This document shows, one piece after another, positions 7,794-14,087 of a DNA stretch of 24,102 nt (position 1 is its first letter; each line of letters opens with the position of its first letter). The DNA lies in the IMG/VR virus record IMGVR_UViG_3300025160_000076, positions 1 through 24,102 of that record; one strand, 5' to 3'. This DNA is from a virus (lineage: Duplodnaviria > Caudoviricetes). A model generated the notes under the pieces. It saw nothing but the letters and a program-made list of their open reading frames with translations, did no database searches and was not told the DNA's origin. A program made the translations under genes and the position numbers.

Positions 7794-9257
7794 ATGGCCC
7801 ATCCTGCTCGGGAAGCCCGTGATCGAGCGCAGTCAATCTGGCCTGGCGCCGCGGTTGTCGAACGTCGCCGCAACTCCATCAAGCATCAGCACCCCACGAT
7901 CCCCAATAAGTTCATGCTTGATCTGGGTATTGGTCCAATGCACTTCGGGGTTGCTGAGAATCAAGAGATCAATAGCGCATGGCAACCGGGAATCGCGCCG
8001 TGGGACTTCCAGATGGTGCAGGCGGGCTACAATGCCTTCGCCCTCTCCAACTTCTCCTCCGGGCAGATCGTCAAGTACGTCCACACCGGGAGCGGAGAGA
8101 ACATCGCTTTCCAACCCCAACAGCTCCAATACACCAATGACCTGAACCAGATTCAGGCCATTGCCAACCCGCAATCGGTGAATGCGGTCGTCCAGAATGA
8201 GGATGTCCTGTTCTGGCAGGGGGCCTTCGGAGCGGGATTTGACATCCGCTGGCAGGCGCAGACCGCCAGGCTGGACAAGCGGTTGGTCGTGGATCAGGCC
8301 TCCAGATGGCCGACTCCCACGGCGCAGATCATCGCGGGCGGGAATCCGGTCGCCAGATTACAGTTCATCTTCCAGGTTTCAACCGGCATCGACATCTTCG
8401 TGAATGATGTTCTGTGGACCCGCCAGCCGAATAGCATACGGGATACGCAGATCTATGTGGAGTTCCGGCTGCAGGGGACGGGCGAGGTTCTGTGGAGCTT
8501 CAACCTGCCACGGTCCAACGCTGCGCCGGTCGAGGACCAGGACCCGGATGAGCTGATCGGGATATTCAGGCTGCGTAGGACCGGACCCAACTTGTTTGTC
8601 GAGCACCGAATCCCGATTGCATGGATTCAAGCGGCGGACTATCCCATAGAAATTGACGTGACGATTGATGAGCAGGTGGGCGCGGGCAGTGATGATGCCT
8701 TCCAGCTCTCCGATGACAGCGTCACCACCACTAATGCTAGCTTCCTAGTCGATTCTACTGCGGAACACGGTGGTCAGCGGTGGACAACCGTTGCTGTGCC
8801 GACAGGTGCGACGATAGATTCGGCATGGATGAGCGTTGTTGTTAGTAATTCCACCTCCGATGAGCCACAACATCAATTACGTGGACAGTTGACTGCCAAT
8901 CCGGCAACTTTCACGACTGGTAGCGACAATATAGATTCTCGAGCGAGGACTATTGCAACAGTCAACTGGAATTCAACGGATCTGGGGACTGGAACAGACT
9001 CAGAATGGCAATGGGGAGCTCCTAATGGCAGTCCTTCGTCTGGGGCCGATATTAAGACGATTATCCAGGAAATCATTGATCAAGGAGGCTGGGCGGAAAA
9101 TAACGCGATCGTCCTGATCTTCGAACAGCATACGCTAGATGCTAGTAGAGATCTGGGAATTCGGCAATATGAGAATGACACAGCTCATGGTCCCAAGCTC
9201 CATATCGAATACACCGCGGCGGGTGGCAATCCTTGGTACGCTTACGCACAGCAATAG
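7794..9257 (+). CDS. putative virion structural/adhesin protein with a C-terminal DNRLRE/CBM-like beta-sandwich domain
   Basis: C-terminal region GSDDA...VPTGATIDSAWMSV...DIKTIIQEIIDQGGW...GPKLHIEY resembles DNRLRE-type domains. The protein ends in a short tail, AAGGNPWYAYAQQ. Confidence 0.5.
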   Translation: MAHPAREARDRAQSIWPGAAVVERRRNSIKHQHPTIPNKFMLDLGIGPMHFGVAENQEINSAWQPGIAPWDFQMVQAGYNAFALSNFSSGQIVKYVHTGSGENIAFQPQQLQYTNDLNQIQAIANPQSVNAVVQNEDVLFWQGAFGAGFDIRWQAQTARLDKRLVVDQASRWPTPTAQIIAGGNPVARLQFIFQVSTGIDIFVNDVLWTRQPNSIRDTQIYVEFRLQGTGEVLWSFNLPRSNAAPVEDQDPDELIGIFRLRRTGPNLFVEHRIPIAWIQAADYPIEIDVTIDEQVGAGSDDAFQLSDDSVTTTNASFLVDSTAEHGGQRWTTVAVPTGATIDSAWMSVVVSNSTSDEPQHQLRGQLTANPATFTTGSDNIDSRARTIATVNWNSTDLGTGTDSEWQWGAPNGSPSSGADIKTIIQEIIDQGGWAENNAIVLIFEQHTLDASRDLGIRQYENDTAHGPKLHIEYTAAGGNPWYAYAQQ

Positions 9258-9265
9258 GATGAGAC

Positions 9266-10456
9266 ATGCCTGATCTGTGGATGGATGTCGATCTCGCGCT
9301 TTCAGAAGTGCCGGTCAACATCATGCCGTTATTGGATGACACGGATTTCAAGACTCGGGAGACAGGAATCACTTTCGATCAGGCAGGCATGGATCTGGTC
9401 TGGAACTTCATAACCACTGGCGGAGCGTTTACCCAAACCGCTGTGACTCCGACCACGGCTGGAAACTATGACTGGATCAACCAGGGTGATGGGATGTACA
9501 CGATTGAGATCCCCGCCTCAGGCGGGGCCTCAATCAATAACGACACGGAAGGCTTCGGATGGTTCACGGGATTTGCGACTGGCGTTCTTCCTTGGAGAGG
9601 TCCGACCATAGGATTCCGTGCCTCAGCATTGAACAATTCTCTGATCGATGGAACGACGATTGATGTGAATGTGACTGCGATGGCTGCCAGTGTGGTGACG
9701 GCCGCCGCGATCGCCACAGATGCCGTTGACGCGGATGCCTTAGCTTCGGATGCCGTGACTGAGATCCGTTCTCTTGCAACAGGAACTTCAGACGCAGGCG
9801 GTTCGACGACAACGATGGTCGATGCAGCCCGGACCGAAGCCGATGATGTCTGGAATGGGGCTTGGATTCTGTTTACATCTGGTGCGGTTTCGGGTCAATG
9901 CCGACTGATCGTGGAATTCGTCGCGAGCACTGACACGATTACTTTTGCTCCCGAAACGACGGCCTCGATTGGATCGGGAATCACGTATGAAATCCTACCC
10001 AATGGAGCCGTTGATCTTCAAAGTTGGGTTGGGACAGCTAACTTTCTTCCGATACCTAATTCCTTGGTCAGTTCAAATGTGCCTGCTTTCGTTAATGGGA
10101 TCGCTAATGACACGATCACCGCTGCTTCCATTGCTGCGGGGGCCATCACATCTTCCGAGGCTCCGAATTTAGATGCGGCTGTCTCCACTAGGGCTACTCC
10201 AGCTCAAGTCAATAGCGAGGTTTTGGATGTGCTTAATATCGACACTTTCTCCGAGCCAGGCCAGGAGGCACCACCCGCGACGACGACCCTGATCAAGAAG
10301 ATCGGCTATCTCTACAAGTTTCTGAGGAACAAGATCACCCAAACTTCGACCACGCTCTCGATATTCGCCGACGATGCCGCGACGGTGGACCAGAAGGCAA
10401 CCGTAAGCGATGATGCCACGACCTACACACGAGGCGAGATTGGGACCGGTCCATAA
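9266..10456 (+). CDS. fibre-like structural protein A (paralogue of 11760-13385)
   Basis: Rich in T/A/D, with 5-residue A-I/V-x-x-x repeats. Central and C-terminal domains are shared with the 11760-13385 product. Confidence 0.6.
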   Translation: MPDLWMDVDLALSEVPVNIMPLLDDTDFKTRETGITFDQAGMDLVWNFITTGGAFTQTAVTPTTAGNYDWINQGDGMYTIEIPASGGASINNDTEGFGWFTGFATGVLPWRGPTIGFRASALNNSLIDGTTIDVNVTAMAASVVTAAAIATDAVDADALASDAVTEIRSLATGTSDAGGSTTTMVDAARTEADDVWNGAWILFTSGAVSGQCRLIVEFVASTDTITFAPETTASIGSGITYEILPNGAVDLQSWVGTANFLPIPNSLVSSNVPAFVNGIANDTITAASIAAGAITSSEAPNLDAAVSTRATPAQVNSEVLDVLNIDTFSEPGQEAPPATTTLIKKIGYLYKFLRNKITQTSTTLSIFADDAATVDQKATVSDDATTYTRGEIGTGP

Positions 10457-10692
10457 TGCCGGACCTGGACACTACTAGCAAGCGCCGAGCCTCGGTGCAG
10501 ATTATTGAGTCCTACAATCTGGCACCTCCCGCCCCGGACGGAACGATCTCGCAGCTCGACCGGCAACACATTGCTTGGACATATTCGGGCATCTCAGCCT
10601 TGGTAGCCGCCGGCGGCCAGCCCTTCATGAAGCGGACCCAAGGCATCCCGACCGGGCCGGGGAGCCGGGATCGCCCAGGGAGATGGAACTGA
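10456..10692 (+). CDS. small adaptor-like protein 1 (LDT..KRAS family)
   Basis: TAATG-coupled to the upstream gene and clearly paralogous to 13385-13612 (LDT.KR.AS...YSGIS...GGQP.M.R.QGIPT.PG.RDRPG.WN). Confidence 0.8.
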   Translation: MPDLDTTSKRRASVQIIESYNLAPPAPDGTISQLDRQHIAWTYSGISALVAAGGQPFMKRTQGIPTGPGSRDRPGRWN

Positions 10693-11039
10693 TGGAAACC
10701 ACCAAGGAACTAAAGATCGGCCAGGTTTACCTGATCCACCACAAGCGGAAAGGGACTTTCATTGCTCAGCTAATTGGCATCCAACAGGCATCCGCAGACG
10801 ATGAGGCAGATGACATTTTCCTCAGAGTCAAGTACGATGTACGGCAAGGAACCTCCCAGGCCAACCTGGCGATCAGCCCGAAGGACCGGGTGCGGGTGAG
10901 TGGGCTCAGGCCCTCGCTGGTCATCAGCATGGAGCCGACCGAGGAGCAGAAATGGCTACGAGAGGTCAAGGTCCCCGAGGAAGATTTGCCGAAGCCCGAT
11001 AAGAATCTGATGAGCCGATTGCGGGATCTGTTTGGTTAG
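10692..11039 (+). CDS. hypothetical protein (115 aa, possible small beta-barrel)
   Basis: ATG overlaps the upstream TGA (TGATG). Sequence begins METTKELKIGQVYLIHHKRKGTFIAQLIGI. Confidence 0.65.
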   Translation: METTKELKIGQVYLIHHKRKGTFIAQLIGIQQASADDEADDIFLRVKYDVRQGTSQANLAISPKDRVRVSGLRPSLVISMEPTEEQKWLREVKVPEEDLPKPDKNLMSRLRDLFG

Positions 11040-11050
11040 GAAGATAATCT

Positions 11051-11158
11051 TCAGTCTGAATGGTTGAGCTTTTGAATTGCTTCGCGCATTCGCATTCTTT
11101 CAACGGCCTCTTCGTCAGAGACTATTCGCGAAGGTTCGCGGGAAGGGGAAGTGACAGA
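11051..11158 (-). pseudogene. relic or in-frame second C-terminus of a LAGLIDADG endonuclease
   Basis: Directly after the endonuclease TGA, the same frame reads SVTSPSREPSRIVSDEEAVERMRMREAIQKLNHSD*, resembling the endonuclease's own end AVTSEEHQRRLSLRNAIRSLNTRS*. Confidence 0.5.
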
Positions 11159-11713
11159 TCAGGACCGTGTGTTCAACGAGCGAATTGCATTCCGCAGAGA
11201 GAGGCGACGCTGATGCTCTTCGGACGTGACTGCTGCACCTCTGTGCCTATTGAATTCAATGGCAAGCGTAACCTGCTGACGCTTGGCTACCATGAATGGT
11301 TCAAGTTGCTTGAGCACTTCAGCCGCTTTTGCGCCCGTCATTTTCCACTCGAAAGTCGAAGCATATTTGCTATTGATACGTCGCTTTTCCCGTATATGCC
11401 CACCAAAAAGAATATTGAGCACATCGAGCGGTTCCCGTTTCACTTGCCAGGCGCTCAGGCCCATTTGCAAATATCCGTTATTTTCCATGATCCATATAGA
11501 ACCGTCTCCATCGATGAATCCCGCCGCCCACGAGAGCCATTCATGCCAAGTACGCTGGCCCGGAAGCTGCGCAATCTGTTTCGCATGTGCCTCATCCCCA
11601 AGATAAATCGTCCCATACAAGCGGAGTCTGGCATAGTGCTTCGTGCAAAGGCCATGACCGTGGACACGACGTCCGCAGTCAGGTACGGAGCAGAAGCGTA
11701 TTGGTCTTGTCAT
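11159..11713 (-). CDS. free-standing LAGLIDADG homing endonuclease with an N-terminal Cys/His Zn-binding module
   Basis: WLSWAAGFIDGDGSI motif and CSVPDCGRRVHGHGLCTKHYARL. TATAAT (11726-11721) lies 7 nt before ATG 11713. It is antisense to the operon. Confidence 0.88.
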   Translation of the reverse strand: MTRPIRFCSVPDCGRRVHGHGLCTKHYARLRLYGTIYLGDEAHAKQIAQLPGQRTWHEWLSWAAGFIDGDGSIWIMENNGYLQMGLSAWQVKREPLDVLNILFGGHIREKRRINSKYASTFEWKMTGAKAAEVLKQLEPFMVAKRQQVTLAIEFNRHRGAAVTSEEHQRRLSLRNAIRSLNTRS

Positions 11714-11759
11714 AACCGGAATTATAACCGGGAATGGCAATGGCTAGGAGGGTAAAGCC

Positions 11760-13385
11760 ATCGCAGATTGGCCGAGTAAAAGAGCGGCGGCGTTTACAGT
11801 AACTTTCCCCATCGATTAGGTGGCCCCGCCGTGAGAACGGCGGTGGAAAACCCTCTCTGATTATCGGGAACGGCTGAGATGTCTACCCGAGGCAAGCAGC
11901 GCAAGCGTGCAGCCGCAACGACTGAGTGAGAGGGCGCCCTTCGGGGCGGTGCGACAGTCTGAACTCCAGTGGAAATGAACCTGGAGAGGGAGGCCCGAAG
12001 CGGCTTCCCCGCCCGTAAGGGTCATTCAAGTAACAGATTGCTACGACAACGACGGAGACTTAGTGACTGCCGCCGCGGCGCTGGATTCAGAAGTAGACAA
12101 GGATGCTGGCGGCTTCATTGACGCCACGAATGAGGCGACCGAAGTCGGATCAAGCGGCATCTACAAGCTGCTGCTAACTGCTACCGAAATGACTGCTGAC
12201 ATCGTGACGACGATCACCAAGACCACCACCACCGACGCCAAGACCGCGGTTAACGTGATGTATACCGCGACCCGGCAGCTGATCGACTTGTCCTTCCCCA
12301 CGGTCCCAGGCCGGAGCACGGACGTGACCGCCACGGGCGAGGTCGGGCTGGATCTGGACAATACGGCCGGTGCCCTCGGTACCGCGCAGTTTGATGCGGA
12401 CTATTTGACGGCCGCTCTGATCGCGGCTGATGTGACCACCGAACTCCGAGCCCTAGTAACCGGGACTTCGGACGCCGGCGGAACATCGACCACCTTGGTC
12501 GATGCTGCGCTCACCCAAGCGGATGATGTATTCAACGGGGCCTGGGTACTGTTCACATCCGGCGCGGTAGCAAACCAGGTCCGGCTCATCACTGACTTCG
12601 ATGCGGCGACGGATACCGCAACATTTGCGCCAGCGGCTACGGCCGCGATTGGGGCAGGCATTACCTACGAGATCCTCCCGAATGCTGGGGTCGATGTCCG
12701 TAGCTGGATCGGGCTGGTGACCGGACTGGTCACGCCGAATGCCTTGATCTCGGGCCGACCCGATGTGAACGTCGGGGCGATGCAGAATGACACAATCACT
12801 GCCGCCGCGATTGCTACCGCAGCTATCGACGCGGATTCCATCGCGGCAGACGCGATCGGGGCCTCGGAACTCGCTGCCGATGCAGTCAACGAGATTGCCG
12901 ATGCCGTGCTGGATGAGGACATGACCGCTCATCAGACATTGGGAACACTTGGTCAGGCGATTGGTGATCCCGTGGCAGATACGACCACGATTTATCAATC
13001 CGTGGTGACTGATGCTGCTGGTGTGAACATTGCAGCCGACATCGTGGCTATCGAAGGTCAGACAGATGATATTGGCGTGGCTGGCGCCGGGCTTACTGCG
13101 ATCCCGTGGAACGCCGCTTGGGATGCGGAGGTCGAGAGTGAGGTCAACGACGCACTGGATACCGCGATTGCCGAACTCTCCCAAGCAATCCCAACCGCTA
13201 CGCCGACCGTCCGGACCGCCTTGATGCTGCTCTATATGGCACTGCGGAACCGGCTAGACATCGATACGACCGGGGCCTCCGACTTCAAGGAGATCTACAA
13301 CGATGCCGGAACGGTGATCGCCAAGAAGACGCTCACCGATGATGGTGCGACCTACTCCGAAGCTGAAATGGTCGCGGGTCCGTAA
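11760..13385 (+). CDS. fibre-like structural protein B, spliced: exon 1 11760-11812, exon 2 12041-13385 (465 aa), probable ATC start
   Basis: Removing the intron gives (M)ADWPSKRAAAFTVTFPI-YDNDGDLVTAAAALDSEVDKD, in frame with track ORF 12063-13385. AGGAGG (11746-11751) lies 8 nt before ATC 11760, with an in-frame TAG upstream. Confidence 0.8.
11813..12040 (+). ncRNA. group I self-splicing intron, ORF-less (228 nt)
   Basis: Exon ends in U (11812), which pairs with G11820 in P1, and the intron ends in G (12040). P2 CCGCCGT-GAGA-ACGGCGG; P3 CCCTCTC 11851-57 / GAGAGGG 11928-34; P4 TCGGG/CCCGA; P6 GGC/GCC; P7 GACTG 11920-24 / CAGTC 11955-59; P8 CGCCC-TTCG-GGGCG; P9 CTCCAG/CTGGAG; P10 TAG 11817-19 / CTA 12041-43. 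Confidence 0.92.
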
Positions 13386-13612
13386 TGGCTCTGGATACTG
13401 CCGAAAAACGGGCTTCGGTCGTTTCCCTAGCGTATGCAGCTCCTCCTACCGTCACTCCTAATGCAAGTCATGATAGCGAGTGGCGGCAGGAGGCTGGCTG
13501 GGGATATTCCGGGATCAGCGTGACGGCGGTTGGGGGCCAGCCGGTCATGATCCGGATGCAGGGGATCCCGACCATGCCCGGCTATCGGGACCGCCCAGGC
13601 AAGTGGAATTGA
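13385..13612 (+). CDS. small adaptor-like protein 2 (LDT..KRAS family)
   Basis: TAATG-coupled to fibre B and paralogous to 10456-10692 and to the N-terminus of 13614-14087. Confidence 0.8.
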   Translation: MALDTAEKRASVVSLAYAAPPTVTPNASHDSEWRQEAGWGYSGISVTAVGGQPVMIRMQGIPTMPGYRDRPGKWN

Positions 13613-13613
13613 T

Positions 13614-14087
13614 GTGGCGCTTGATACTGCTGAAAAACGTGCTTCCGCGGTCTCGCTCAATCCAGGAGCACCCCCCTCTCCAACTCCTAACGCGCTCTTA
13701 GATCAGGAATGGCGCCAAGAATCCGGATGGGCCTATAGCGGAATTCTGGTCGGAGTTGGCGTTCCGCCAGCTCCGATTCCTCCAGCCGAAGAAATCGCAG
13801 CAGATGCCGTTGGCGTTCTATTTCTGCCAGGCATCGACCGTCGGCGCTACATCCGCTGGGAACAGGAGATCCTGGCCTTCTGGGTCGAGTATTTCGAAGA
13901 GATCCTGGATCTCTCCGAGGCCCAGGCCCGGCTCAGAGCCCAAGAAGTCGTCGCCGCGGCTAGTCAAATGCCGGACGAGGACCCCAAGGACTTCTGGCTC
14001 CGGTATTTCCGGCGAGTTCGCCAGCTGGAGGCCCGCCGACTGATGATCGAGCTGGACGATGAGGCGTTGCTCGTTCTGACCTCATGA
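13614..14087 (+). CDS. adaptor-like protein 3: same N-terminal module plus a helical C-terminal domain ending ELDDEALLVLTS
   Basis: MALDTAEKRASAV...EWRQESGWAYSGI is nearly the same as the upstream paralogue. GTG start, and ATGA-coupled to the next gene. Confidence 0.75.
   Translation: MALDTAEKRASAVSLNPGAPPSPTPNALLDQEWRQESGWAYSGILVGVGVPPAPIPPAEEIAADAVGVLFLPGIDRRRYIRWEQEILAFWVEYFEEILDLSEAQARLRAQEVVAAASQMPDEDPKDFWLRYFRRVRQLEARRLMIELDDEALLVLTS

Noticed and set aside
11040-11052. GAAGA-TAA-TCTTC mini-hairpin as a terminator between convergent genes
   Set aside because: The stem is too short and weak to support the call.
11060-11755. 231-aa plus-strand ORF
   Set aside because: Antisense shadow of the LAGLIDADG gene, with no motifs and no SD.
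11040-11760. Possibility that the LAGLIDADG gene lies inside a second intron
   Set aside because: I found no P3/P7 core around it, and the upstream gene ends normally at TAG 11039.
13385-13745. Tandem similar sequences as a diversity-generating retroelement TR/VR pair
   Set aside because: Differences are mostly synonymous and not adenine-specific, and no reverse transcriptase is in the window.
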